Source of the DNA: Candidatus Latescibacterota bacterium
GTDB lineage: Bacteria; Latescibacterota; UBA2968; UBA8231
Reading direction: 5' to 3'
Length of the DNA stretch: 64,000 nt
NCBI GenBank assembly: GCA_965242865.1
Contig: CBDETK010000013.1
Location: forward strand, 3,040,001-3,104,000
Positions 1 through 12,041 of the stretch are shown here, in pieces. The stretch's first letter is position 1; each line of letters begins with the position of its first letter. The notes under the pieces were generated by a model. It worked only from the letters and a program-made list of their open reading frames with translations, was not told the origin of the DNA and searched no databases. Made by a program: the position numbers and the translations under genes.

Positions 1-372
1 CTACCGTAAGTTGCGGTTGGTTTCGGGTTGCCAAGCGCGGATGATCGCGGCCTCCAGCTCGCGAGTCTCCTCTTCACTCTCGGTGAATGTTACTGAGAAT
101 TTTACTAGATCGGGGAACATGCGGAGTTGGCGTCGGAGTTTGGGATTGGTCTCGTTTGCCAAGTGCTCCAGCAAGCGGCGGCGGACGCAAGTTGCGGACA
201 TGCCGATGTAGAGCCGTTCGGGGGCACTTTCTCCGGGCAGCCACAGGGCGTATAGGCCGCAACAGTCCTTTGGTAGCGTTTGCACCTCCTCTCGGTTGAA
301 TGGGCGCAAGTTGTTTTCTAGCTGATACTTCTTGGCGAACAAATTATTGGAACGGCAGATCACCTTGTGCAT
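1..372 (-). CDS. GIY-YIG nuclease family protein
   Basis: GLYALW...LYIGMS...VRRRLLEH...LEAAII..PETN matches the GIY-YIG motif order (GIY, YIG, R, E, N); overlaps the 3' end of the methyltransferase; start uncertain. Confidence 0.75.
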   Translation of the reverse strand: MHKVICRSNNLFAKKYQLENNLRPFNREEVQTLPKDCCGLYALWLPGESAPERLYIGMSATCVRRRLLEHLANETNPKLRRQLRMFPDLVKFSVTFTESEEETRELEAAIIRAWQPETNRNLR

Positions 373-3169
373 CTTCTTTCATCCTTGAGAGGGCAGAAAG
401 GACGTTTTGCCACTCGGTGACGAGGTTGTTGAAGACGACCGCGTTTTGTGCGTCGCCTTTGCGGTCGTAGTGGTTGTAGAGAATGCGCGCCAAGCGCTCG
501 ACGGATTCGACGTTGCCATTCATTTCCCGCGCCACCACACCCGCACCCTCGATCCCTCGGCCTTCCTCGTGGTTTAGGTGGTACGCCATGCGGAAGCATC
601 CTTCCCACGCGGTTCCATTGCCGAGGGTCAGTGGGCGGCTGTCGCCAAATTCATCGAGCGGCAACAGCTTTACCCGGCCCCCTTCGGCCGTGAGTAGGCC
701 GTCCAAATTTTGCAGTTTGCTGATGGCTACGTTTTTGGCGCGGGATAGCGTCTCGGCCTCGCCGTACTGGCCTTCTTCGTAATCGTGCTGTTTGAGCCAG
801 TCGAGGCAGAAGCGGCTCTCTGCATCCAAATCGCCTTCCTGTCGCTCGTCGTAATCGGCGATGGCTCGGTTAATGGCCGCTAGGGCCTCGCGCACTGGCA
901 CTGGCTCGCCGCTGATGGTCTCGACCCGTGCGTAGCGCGAGTAGATTTGCATTCCGGGGCCGATGGCGGCTTGTGCTAGATCGGTTGGGGCAATGTGTCT
1001 TTGTTGCGTGAGTTGGTCGAGGGCTTCGGGCAGTTCTTTCGCCAGCGCGTCAAAGAATTGGCGGCGCGTGGCAATGGGCGCATCCTTAGAGCGTGGACGG
1101 CAGACGAGGACGACGGACGAGGCGAGGGCGTTGGTATTCATCGCATTGGATCGGTTTCCCATCTCAGTTCGCATGGGCCAAGTGCCGATCATTTCAAAAC
1201 CAGCCGAGACAATGGCGGATAGCATGGTTTCCCAGCCGGTGGAGGCTCTGCCTGCGCGTTCCTCCTCCTGCTGTTTGTAGGCGTAGAAAATGGACGATGG
1301 GAACTCAGCCGAGCAGCGTTCCCGTATCAACCGCAACGTCTTACTTAGCTGTTGCTCAAATTGTTGGCTGTAATTTTCAAAACGGAATCGATTGGCAACC
1401 ATTTCTTCGCTTTTGGGGGTCAGTATGCCAGCAAACATATCGGGGTAGGCGTTGCGGAGTAGCGGGCGCAGCCAGACATAGAAAAAGTCGGATGAATCGG
1501 CGTAGTGGATGTTATCGTAGTAGGGGGGATCGGTGACGATGACGGGACCGTTTTGCGCGTGAATGGTGGTAGATGCGTCGGCTTGGTGTGCTTCTCCGTC
1601 GTTCGCATCGGCGGGAAGGCGGTCGACGGCTTTAGCTATCCACTCGATTTGGCCCGTCCAGTTCTGCGTTGAAGTCGAGAAGATATTCGCTTCGGCAAAA
1701 TCCCAAACCATCCCAATCCCTTGACGCGAGAAAACCCCTTCAACCTTTTCCCCGGAATTGTGCCAGTGGGTGAAACTGCAACCACTGTTTGCAGTCCTAC
1801 CAAGGGCAAGCGCAAGATACGTGCAGATCGCATCGGCGTATTCTCCTTCCACCTCATCCTGTTTGATTTGATTACGAACCTCTCCCAGCAAGTCGCTGAA
1901 TGTAGTCAGCGCGGTTAGCTGGCGTTCCGTGAAAAGCTGGTGCCACTGTGTAAACCCATAAATTTGTACACTAATGCTTCTTGCTTGTTCAGGCAGGCTG
2001 CCACTAGGCCGCCAAGCAGGGGTAGCTTTCTGTGCAACCTTGATATGCTCGTCCACCGGCGAAAGAAACAGTCGCTTGCGGCTCCCCTCGGCGACAATCG
2101 CCGTCATAACCTCCCCTATGTTGCCCGCTCGCCCTTGCTCGCGCACATAAGGCAACTTCACCACACTGCCGCAGCCGAGACAGGTCGCGCCGTTGCGGTT
2201 CACCGTGCCGCTTTCGGGAACGTCGGCGTTGTGGTTCTGTACCACAAAGGCGATGCTGTTTCTCTCGCGATCAATGACGGGCCTAGTCCAATGTTCGTTG
2301 CCTTTCTTCTTCGACAATTGAAACGTGGCCATCAGCGGCATGGCAATGCGACACGCCGGATTCGGACAGGGCACAGTCCGCGCCCACAGCCACGCGATTA
2401 CAGTAGCATTCGTTCCGTCGGACAATCTCACCTGCGGATACAAATGCCCGATCCGCTTGAACGCCTCCTCGCGCATCCAGCGACCATAGTAACGGATGTC
2501 GTCGGCCAACCCCGCCGCACCGCGCCACGGAACGCGCCGCTTCCTGCCCTTGCCCACGGTCATACCCATCCGATCCGCATCCGGGTTGACCGGAGGTTGG
2601 CCGCTGAATTTCGGCGGCAGTTCGATCAACGCCTTGTTAATGAGCACCGCCACCGGGTTGAGATCAGAGGCGACCGCTCGCAGCCCAAGTCGTTGCGCTT
2701 CGAGCGGTATGGAGCCGCCGCCCGCAAAGGGGTCGTAGATCGGACGGACCTTGTCGTTGAGATAGCGCAGCACTTCCGCCGGATCGGTGGGCGCAGTTTC
2801 GCCGCGGGTACGCGCCACCGAGCGAGCAATTTCGTATCGCGCTTCCGCCAAGCGTTCCCTACCTGCAGTCTTACTTTCGTCGGTGCTCTCCCACTTAACA
2901 AGCTCCCGGATGATGCCATGCAGCCGCTCGCGCTCGGCCCGTTGGGCCTCCTCCGTAGGAAACTCGTCAGAACAATCGGCCGGGTCGTCCACCATGCTAG
3001 CAAAAATGACGGCGCGACAAGCCGCCAGCGGACGCCGCGCCCACCACAAATGCAGCGTCGAAGGATGGCCGTGCCGAATGGATTTCTCGCGGGCGGACTC
3101 GTGGTTGATGACGTCAAGAGGCAAGTCCACCTCAATGAGCTTGCGACGATATGGGGTTTGAGCGGTCAT
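344..3169 (-). CDS. DUF1156-domain adenine-specific DNA methyltransferase with Zn ribbon
   Basis: HLWWARRPLAACRA (DUF1156), YDPFAGGGSIPLEA (SAM binding), TDPPYYDNI (catalytic DPPY), CPNPAC...CLGC. Confidence 0.9.
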   Translation of the reverse strand: MTAQTPYRRKLIEVDLPLDVINHESAREKSIRHGHPSTLHLWWARRPLAACRAVIFASMVDDPADCSDEFPTEEAQRAERERLHGIIRELVKWESTDESKTAGRERLAEARYEIARSVARTRGETAPTDPAEVLRYLNDKVRPIYDPFAGGGSIPLEAQRLGLRAVASDLNPVAVLINKALIELPPKFSGQPPVNPDADRMGMTVGKGRKRRVPWRGAAGLADDIRYYGRWMREEAFKRIGHLYPQVRLSDGTNATVIAWLWARTVPCPNPACRIAMPLMATFQLSKKKGNEHWTRPVIDRERNSIAFVVQNHNADVPESGTVNRNGATCLGCGSVVKLPYVREQGRAGNIGEVMTAIVAEGSRKRLFLSPVDEHIKVAQKATPAWRPSGSLPEQARSISVQIYGFTQWHQLFTERQLTALTTFSDLLGEVRNQIKQDEVEGEYADAICTYLALALGRTANSGCSFTHWHNSGEKVEGVFSRQGIGMVWDFAEANIFSTSTQNWTGQIEWIAKAVDRLPADANDGEAHQADASTTIHAQNGPVIVTDPPYYDNIHYADSSDFFYVWLRPLLRNAYPDMFAGILTPKSEEMVANRFRFENYSQQFEQQLSKTLRLIRERCSAEFPSSIFYAYKQQEEERAGRASTGWETMLSAIVSAGFEMIGTWPMRTEMGNRSNAMNTNALASSVVLVCRPRSKDAPIATRRQFFDALAKELPEALDQLTQQRHIAPTDLAQAAIGPGMQIYSRYARVETISGEPVPVREALAAINRAIADYDERQEGDLDAESRFCLDWLKQHDYEEGQYGEAETLSRAKNVAISKLQNLDGLLTAEGGRVKLLPLDEFGDSRPLTLGNGTAWEGCFRMAYHLNHEEGRGIEGAGVVAREMNGNVESVERLARILYNHYDRKGDAQNAVVFNNLVTEWQNVLSALSRMKEDAQGDLPFQ

Positions 3170-3200
3170 ATCAGCTTATTTTGCCGCTGGTCTAACTGAA

Positions 3201-4172
3201 TTAGTTCGGTTGGTTAGGGCTACCAAGATCCATCTGAGCCGTTTGTGGAGGGGGGGAAGGGACATGCTGCTTGATAAACGCCCGACCAGTATAGTTTTCA
3301 ACGATCTTTATCGCAGCAGTCCCGGTAAACGTATGAGTAGCTGCATGAAATACCGATAGACTGAGGTCTTGTAACATATTATCATCTTCAAGCGCAGTCA
3401 CCTTCAGTTGGTTCTCCAAGAGATCTTTTCGTGATATGTGCCGGCCATGGCTCTTGAAATTCTTGTGGTTGGCAAGCCATTTAGAGATTGACGATGCCTG
3501 CTTCGAGCGGTCGGGACAGTTTTTGAACATGTAGGTTTCCAGCCATGTCTTTACGAGTTCCTTAGACAACTTCAACGCTTCTTCACACTGCACCAAGAGA
3601 TCGGGACCGTATTGGTTCAACATTGGCAGCCAAGCCGATAGTTTTGCCGGATCAGAGCATTCTCGCTGGGCTCTGTCGAACTGATCTAAAACGGCCTGTG
3701 CTGGGACGAATCGTGCTCCTAGAGGAGTAGTGAGCGGAATCTGCGGGTCGGTTGGTCCAAGAAAAGAATGCTTGCCCAGCACAATCTCATCAGCGGCACA
3801 TGAAATCATAGTCGCCGCCGACATTGCAAGGTGAGGAACGATTACTCGGATATGAGAGAATCGAGACCTTAGATAAGAGACTATAGCCTCGGCCGCTTCA
3901 GGAGAGCCCCCAGGGCTATGTAGAATCAGGTCGAGGGCACCGCTTAGTCCCCACGTTACTTCCATGAGGGCGTGAACATCCTCGTCGCTGATCGAAATAG
4001 AAGCCGCCGGCACTTCCTTCTGAATCCATCCCGAGGCATACAGGATAACATTACGTCCAGTGTGCCGGTGGAGTTGCAGGAGATATTTTCTTCGAATGCC
4101 GTCAAAATCGGGGGCGGCATCCTGTCGGCTGGGCGCAGCAAGTTCAGCTAGAATTTCACTCCATATTGGCAT
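3201..4172 (-). CDS. SDH_sah / ClpP-fold serine protease
   Basis: LILHSPGG, AMSAATMI, LGPTDPQ and SHGRHI motifs; RBS AAGGAAGG upstream. Confidence 0.85.
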   Translation of the reverse strand: MPIWSEILAELAAPSRQDAAPDFDGIRRKYLLQLHRHTGRNVILYASGWIQKEVPAASISISDEDVHALMEVTWGLSGALDLILHSPGGSPEAAEAIVSYLRSRFSHIRVIVPHLAMSAATMISCAADEIVLGKHSFLGPTDPQIPLTTPLGARFVPAQAVLDQFDRAQRECSDPAKLSAWLPMLNQYGPDLLVQCEEALKLSKELVKTWLETYMFKNCPDRSKQASSISKWLANHKNFKSHGRHISRKDLLENQLKVTALEDDNMLQDLSLSVFHAATHTFTGTAAIKIVENYTGRAFIKQHVPSPPPQTAQMDLGSPNQPN

Positions 4173-4196
4173 GGATAGGCCCTTCCTTATACAGGC

Positions 4197-4406
4197 TTAC
4201 CGGGCGTTAGCATGGTCCGTCGTTATTACAACTTCCGGGTGTTTGGTTGCAAGACGGTACGGTTCGAGGCCCTTATCCGCCTTCTGGTAATTTTGGTAAA
4301 CCTGCATAACTTCCCGGACACCTGGACGGGCTAGTGCCTCCTTTAGCATAGCAGCATGTTCTTGCTCACGGTTGGAACCTTGAGGCTTTGCTGTGTGTTT
4401 AGCCAT
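4197..4406 (-). CDS. 69-aa hypothetical protein immediately upstream of the protease
   Basis: Strong RBS AAAGGAGA; ends 24 bp before the protease start. Confidence 0.7.
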   Translation of the reverse strand: MAKHTAKPQGSNREQEHAAMLKEALARPGVREVMQVYQNYQKADKGLEPYRLATKHPEVVITTDHANAR

Positions 4407-4451
4407 AGAGAATCTCCTTTTGAGTTGGGTCAGTATTCGCTATCTCGCTTC

Positions 4452-4571
4452 CTAAACGTTGGGCTCTGCCTTGTTTAGGTTCATTTCTTTAGCCCAGCGC
4501 AGATCGTGGCCGACTCCGCGCAGACGAGAGACGATGTGTCCCGATATATTTTCGTCGGCCAGTATCCTCAT
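4452..4571 (-). pseudogene. Truncated DUF5615 PIN-like toxin (N-terminal 39 aa)
   Basis: Manual translation MRILADENISGHIVSRLRGVGHDLRWAKEM...; its ATG overlaps the TGA of an upstream broken ORF (ATGA). Confidence 0.65.
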
Positions 4572-4686
4572 GGTCTTTCGCCGTTTTGCCAGATCATCTT
4601 GTATCGGCCACCTATTGCGGCGTCGAGTTCCTCCGAACTGATCTTACCCGCTCTATATATTGGGCCATGTCCATAGTTTCCTCTGT

Positions 4687-5271
4687 TTACTTGTACAATA
4701 CAGCACAGCATTTTTTGTATTTTTCCCCACTGCCGCAAATACACGGATCATTTCTGCCGATTTTCTCTAAGTCTTGTCTGTATTCTGCAAAGCCTTTTCC
4801 ACCATGTGAGTATTCGCCACATGGTGGTATTTTTCTGTATTTATCAAAATATGCTTGCCAAACAAAGTAGGGATAAACTTTATTAAGGACGAATTTTCGT
4901 AGCGTTATATTGGTATTGAAATCTATGCCCAAGCAACAGCTATTATTACTTGGGTAAATATGTAAATCTATGATTGGTTTTCCAATTTCCGCTGCTAGCT
5001 TTTCTATTCTTCCTCCAGTTTCAAATACTTTTGGCCATTCGCTTTGGGTATCATTGAGAAGGATTTTAATTTCGTAACAATCGCGTAGGCAGTCGCTACC
5101 AGATGAACAAGGGATGATTTCCCAAATATCCTCTCCTTTCTTTTTTGACTGTTTTTGATAGCGAGCACTAAAATTCAATTCACCCCTGATACAGTTCTCC
5201 TTCTCATCGTAATAAAGATTTGGGAAATATTTTTGAATCTCTGTGAATTCTTCTAGAGTATATTCAATCAT
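4687..5271 (-). CDS. Prokaryotic E2/UBC-like protein with C-terminal SEC-C motif (CBASS ancillary)
   Basis: WPKVFETGG...[12 protein letters not shown] (E2-like Cys motif) and [18 protein letters not shown]; likely start MIEY at 5271 overlaps the CD-NTase stop. Confidence 0.75.
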   Translation of the reverse strand: MIEYTLEEFTEIQKYFPNLYYDEKENCIRGELNFSARYQKQSKKKGEDIWEIIPCSSGSDCLRDCYEIKILLNDTQSEWPKVFETGGRIEKLAAEIGKPIIDLHIYPSNNSCCLGIDFNTNITLRKFVLNKVYPYFVWQAYFDKYRKIPPCGEYSHGGKGFAEYRQDLEKIGRNDPCICGSGEKYKKCCAVLYK

Positions 5272-6217
5272 AACTATAAGGTTTGGTCGCACCAACTGCG
5301 GGTATCGAAGAAGTCGATTCATTCAGTTCACCAAAGTCGTCGCCGAATAGCTTTCGCCACTTATTAACACTCTCGTTGTGATCTTTTTCCTCAAATGCCT
5401 CATTGATCCTTGTGTTATAGGAATCAAACTTGTCTCGGAAATTAGCATATTTCTTTTGATCCCAATGCCTATTGAAATCCTCTTCGGGCAACACAGGATT
5501 TTTCACAGTTGGCATTGATTTATTGTCTCTCAGGAAGTCATTTATCCGATTGGAAAGAGTCTTCAATGTCGTCGGCAAATCGGAAAAGTCGCTAGAACCC
5601 TTATCGAGGGTACTAATTTGATTCCCCAAAAGGGTCGTCAGCAGTATAGATTTCACAGAAAAATTGTCTTTATGGTCACGTAAAAACTTGATAAGACTAG
5701 TTGTTTTTCTAAAATTATTATCCCCAACAACTTTGTTTTTATTTCTTAGCCAAGTTGTATATCCGTCGCCATCTGTCTTCTCATGTCGTTCTTCGTCTTT
5801 ATTACAAATGTAGCAAAATTCTCCATACTCAATACAAGGAACAACATCTAAGTGAAAATCACCAGCATAGTCAACAGTCACACATCGTGAATTTATCCTA
5901 ACTATGTCCTTATAGGTATTATTCTCTTTGAACACGTCATGTACTTTTTTTACATAATCGGTGAATGTATTCGGATCAAAGTCGTCGTCTTTGACAAAGA
6001 CTAGTATATCAGCATCGAACTCATCATTTTCTCGGACTGGCTTGATTATGGTCTGATGGGCATAAGAACCTTGTTGGCTATATTTTTTATAACCACTGAG
6101 TTTGGCCTTGAGCAGATCAGTGATTGTTTTTACTCGCCTATCTAGTGTACTTTCCCTAGACTGGTTCAGGTTGACATGATCGGCTAAGAAGTCGTTGAAA
6201 TACTGTTTGTGTTTCAT
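5264..6217 (-). CDS. SMODS-type cGAS/DncV-like nucleotidyltransferase (CBASS CD-NTase)
   Basis: [12 protein letters not shown]...[43 protein letters not shown]. Confidence 0.88.
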   Translation of the reverse strand: MKHKQYFNDFLADHVNLNQSRESTLDRRVKTITDLLKAKLSGYKKYSQQGSYAHQTIIKPVRENDEFDADILVFVKDDDFDPNTFTDYVKKVHDVFKENNTYKDIVRINSRCVTVDYAGDFHLDVVPCIEYGEFCYICNKDEERHEKTDGDGYTTWLRNKNKVVGDNNFRKTTSLIKFLRDHKDNFSVKSILLTTLLGNQISTLDKGSSDFSDLPTTLKTLSNRINDFLRDNKSMPTVKNPVLPEEDFNRHWDQKKYANFRDKFDSYNTRINEAFEEKDHNESVNKWRKLFGDDFGELNESTSSIPAVGATKPYSYD

Positions 6218-7143
6218 TTTTTGGCCTCCAAAGCTAGGAAATTTGAGATTTTTGTATTATCTCGGGTGAATTCGGATTTTGCTAACTCTATTAATGTAGG
6301 GATACATCGATAATCGTCAAGTTCACAGTAATCGATAGTAGGATTGACCCTAAAAATCATCTTTTGATTAATCAAGGACAAAACCTTCTGAGGGTATTCA
6401 GTCTGGCATGACATTAAAGAATTTATCAGTTTTGATTTTTTCCATCCATTTAGAAATCCCCATCTTCTAGCAGCCTGATAGACTTGTCTTGCCTGTCCAG
6501 CTCCCAAAGACAGAACCCTGATGCTATCTGGATTTACGCAAAATTTTCCTATTGCATCAGTATAACCTACTAGCGAAGGATTGTTCGCCCATATCCCCCC
6601 ATCGCAAACCAAAGTACCTTCTATATCTACCGGATCAAAATAGATCGGTGCTGAACAAGAAGCTAAGACGGCCTTATACAAAGGCACTTCTCCATCTCGT
6701 ACATAATCTTCTTTCAGTTGTCTTTTTAAGTAAGATGACTTAAAAAGATGGAGCTCTCCTATACTTATATTTGTAGCATTGATAATAAGAGGCTTTTCTA
6801 TTTCTCCTAATTTAATATCTCCCAATTTTTTGTTGAGAAACATAGAGAGAGATTTGGAATCATATTTAGATCTGAGAAGCCCAAAGAAATTAAATCTTTT
6901 TTGAAAAATTTCTGAAGCATTTTTTTGATAGTCATCTACGAGTTGAGACAAATCATATTTTACTGCGATAGCCGCAGCTACGATACTTCCAGTACTAGTA
7001 CCCACAATGAGATCGAAGACCTCATGTATATTTAACCTAGCCTCCATAAGTGACAACATTTTTGCGGCAAAGACCCCACGTACTCCACCGCCATCAATGC
7101 TTAAAACCCTAAACACCTTTTGAGGCAGGTTTTGATCGTCCAT
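6214..7143 (-). CDS. Patatin-like phospholipase, CBASS CapV-like effector
   Basis: DGGGVRG, GTSTG, DGGIWANNP; ATGA overlap with the CD-NTase. Confidence 0.88.
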   Translation of the reverse strand: MDDQNLPQKVFRVLSIDGGGVRGVFAAKMLSLMEARLNIHEVFDLIVGTSTGSIVAAAIAVKYDLSQLVDDYQKNASEIFQKRFNFFGLLRSKYDSKSLSMFLNKKLGDIKLGEIEKPLIINATNISIGELHLFKSSYLKRQLKEDYVRDGEVPLYKAVLASCSAPIYFDPVDIEGTLVCDGGIWANNPSLVGYTDAIGKFCVNPDSIRVLSLGAGQARQVYQAARRWGFLNGWKKSKLINSLMSCQTEYPQKVLSLINQKMIFRVNPTIDYCELDDYRCIPTLIELAKSEFTRDNTKISNFLALEAKK

Positions 7144-7154
7144 AGCTTACCTCT

Positions 7155-10100
7155 CTAGCTGTCTGTGCCGGAAGAGGTCAGGTCAATGCCAAGCTGTCCA
7201 CTGTTCTCCCGCACGGCCCGCGCCGTGCTCTCGGAGAAGCCATCGGCCTTGTCCGCCGCGATGGTAATGGTAACTGTTACCGCACCACCGCCATCGCGTA
7301 GGGTGCGGATAATCTCCTCGCGCAACTGGTTGACGTCGTCCAACGATACGTCGTTTGCGGTTGTCTTGCTGGCGACGATGCGCGTAGGGCCGTGCGGTGC
7401 AGGGAGCGGCGTCCCCGAATCGACGATTGTAGTAGGTTCAGCGGGGCCTGTGTCGTCGGTCGAGGATTCCAAGTCTTTTGGTGTCTCCTCACCTTCCGCG
7501 ACTACCAACTCCGCCATCTCGGGATTGACCAGCAACGTCGCGCTGCGCTCGCCCGCATTAGACGACGAGCTACTGATCGGCTCGCGGAAGCGCATCCCCT
7601 CGTACTGCTCCCCGTCGTAGGACTCGGCGTAGCCGAAAGCCCCGTCGGGCACCCCTTGTTCGATACAACGTTGCAGGACCGCTCTATTTCGCAGGCGGTG
7701 CATGTACACATAGCGGGTCATCATGTCCCACAAGCCATCTATGCTAATGTGGTCTTGGTGGTTGGGATTGTTCCATACGTACTGCTTCAACAGGGTGGCC
7801 AACGCCGAAGGGCTTATGTGTTCTACGAGGGCCTCGTCCCCGATGAACTTGGCGAAAGCATTGTCAATAATCTCGCCGTCCGTCGCACCAACCTGAGAGA
7901 CGGCCAAGCGATATTCAGCCTTCTGCGGATCGTCTTGAACCGGGGCGATGGCCCAGCGGTACGCCCCAATTAGAGCAGCCCGCACCTCGGATTCCGCTGT
8001 CCTGAGACTGCTCTGAGCCTGTTTGAGCCGGTCGCCCGAGAGGTTTTCAATGCGACGGTCGCCGTTGACGATGGAATGCCAAGCGAGGAACGTCTTAACC
8101 CGGTTGTTCAGATCGCGAATCTCGTCTTTTTTCGCGGCCAGAAAGAGCAGGGTATTCCTGCGGACCCGGAGGGCGTCGCCACAGTGTTGTAGCATTTGCT
8201 GCACCGCTGGCTCGGCGTGGTCTTTCTCGCTGGCGCGGCTCGGCAGCGACCTATCAGGGAGCAAAAGCACGAGGCGCACCGCATCGGCGTCGGGCACGGC
8301 CTTTGAATCGGCTGGGCAGACGATGACGTCTGAGCGGCGTCCAACCGCCTCTTGCAACTGCGCGACGATGTGGTCGTTAATGTCTCGGCCGCTCAGGGCC
8401 GCGGCGCGATCGGTGGCGACCTTGTTGAGGTTTTCCTCGGCGTGGAAGTAGTACCGCCCCTCGCTACTGTAAAGGTAGTAGAGATCGCTGCTGATTTGGC
8501 CGAGGGCATCGTTGTACACCGAGACTCCGTGTTTGGGCTGTACTACGCCGAGGCGAATCTGCCGAGCATCAATGCCTTTGACGGCCCCGCTGCCGGAACT
8601 GCCGAGGAAAATTGTGCGGGCTAGGCGTCGAGCGGCTCCGCCGACCTCGCCAAATCGCTGGGACGCCCGGTCTATGTTGTCGGTTCTGAAGTTGTTGCCA
8701 TCAACCTCGGACAGGACTGGCCCCCATTGGCTACCCAGCAGCCTGACAAACTCGTTGGCCAAGGCCGTATCGCTCAAGGTCAGATTCGCCGGCATGATCA
8801 GCGGGGAAGCATCGTTGTCTAAATACAGGCGGCTGACGCAGTTGGCCATCATCCGCAGGACGCCGCGCGTGCGCTGGAACTGGGTAATAGACGACCAATC
8901 CAAATAGAGGCGGTCGAAAATCTCTGGGTGAATGGGGTAGCAGGCTCGCAGCCGCTCGAGGTAGTGATGCTCGCTGACCTCGCGGGGGTACTCGTTGCGC
9001 GCCCGACTGTACATAGCGGCAAAGGCTTCGCAAGTGCGATCCCTAGCGGCCTCGTCCATGTCGTTTCCAAACAGTCTGCGGCGCACCACTTCAAACGCTT
9101 CGTTGGTCTCAAGCGGTTCCCACACGGCCTCAATGCGCCCCAAAAGGTGCTCTAGCCGGTTGAGGGCCTCCATACCGGCCTCGCTTCCCGCCTCAACGCT
9201 GCTTTCGGGCAGGGTTACGACGAGGGCCGCGTTGTTGTTCCTGCGGACGGCTTGGGTGAGGGCTTGGACGAAGGTTAAGATGTTGTCCTGTGCGTTCCCG
9301 GCATTGCGCGCGTATGCCACCAACTCGTCGATGAGGATGACGCACGGCCCGACGTGGGCGAATAGCTGGTCGAGCTGGGCACCGCCGGGCGCGGTCCCCT
9401 GTCGCGCCGCTTGGCCGACTAAATCGTAGGCGTCTTGACCGCCGAGTTGGTACGCCATCGCGCCCCACAGGGTGTTGAGCGGATCGCCGTTGGGGGTTTG
9501 GGCGGCATCGGTGGGCGAAAGGTACGTGCCGTCGAGCACGGCGACGCGGGCCTGAACGCCAAGAGTTGGGGCCAGCCCGGCCTCTTCTATAATGCCGCGG
9601 ATCTCGTTGTAGGGCTGCTCGGATTGTCCCTTGCCGCTCGGATTGGTCAGGGCGTCGGTGCTGTTTACTAGATGATAGAGCGCGATGAGGCTGTGCGTCT
9701 TGCCGCCGCCAAAGCCCGTTTTGGTCTGGATAACCGGATCGCCCCCGTTGCCACTGAGCCGCTGCAAGGTGTTCACTAACAGGGTGCGGATGCCCGGGGT
9801 GATGTACGTGTGGTTGAAGAAGCTGACTGGATTGCCGTATTGAGTGGCGTCGGCGCGCCCGTCGTGGACTTGTTGGAGATCGGCCGCAAACTCGGCCTCT
9901 TGGAAGGTGCCTAGGGCCACATCGGGATTGGGACGAATGACCGTCCGCCAAGGAGCGAGATCGCCGGTCGGACGGGATGCTGGCGGTGCGGGTTGGCGCT
10001 GGGTGGAGGTCTCGCGTTGGCTGGCCGGGCTGTCGAGTTGGTTCCGAATCGTTTCTACGGCCTGCTTCTGCTTGGGTGCATTGATTTTGCCGATCACATC

Positions 10101-10497
10101 GGCGATGAGAAACAGGTGGGTTCGGACGAACTCGGCCTCTAGGTCTTGGGGGCCGGGATGAGCCGCCTTGTCGCGGGCTTCCTTTATCAGCCATAGCGCG
10201 TTCTGGACCCCCCGCTCGTCGCCAAAGGGCTGTTGGAAGAGGCCGCTCCACTTTCTGCTGATGAGGTGGGGAAAGTCGCCAATGTCTATGGAGGCCGCTG
10301 CATCGCGCCCGTTCTTGCTCAGGTTGAGGCTGAACTGCTCGGCCTGTCTGTGATTTAGCCCCTCGCGGATCACCTCTTCAACCTGCTGGCCCCGCACCTT
10401 CTTTAGCGAGCGGACAATAAACGGGCGCATGGCGTCGCGGTAGATGTCTAGCCCCTTGTTGAGCGCGTCCCTGTTGGGGCGGTCTATCGTCGTATTC

Positions 10498-10508
<11 letters not shown>
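7155..10508 (-). CDS. Swt1-like HEPN domain + DUF499 AAA+ ATPase
   Basis: N-terminal Swt1-like region with RDKAAH (R-x4-H); EFAADL, Walker A GFGGGKTH, Walker [21 protein letters not shown]; non-ATG start overlapping the sufB end. Confidence 0.88.
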
Positions 10509-11961
<1,453 letters not shown>

Positions 11962-12041
11962 GTTGGCTCCTTGTATCTAGATGCGGTCTCAAGAACTTAG
12001 AAATCTGTACAAAAAAGTCAAGTTTCGGGGCGAGGTGGGTA

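Noticed and set aside
1940-3199. Long antisense or alternate-frame ORFs here and elsewhere (e.g. 10602-11930, 25102-26307, 54264-55040)
   Set aside because: Shadows of high-GC3 genes with no recognisable motifs
4687-4760. SEC-C motif as a secA fragment
   Set aside because: It is an in-frame C-terminal module of the AT-rich E2-like gene and its codons differ from the host secA
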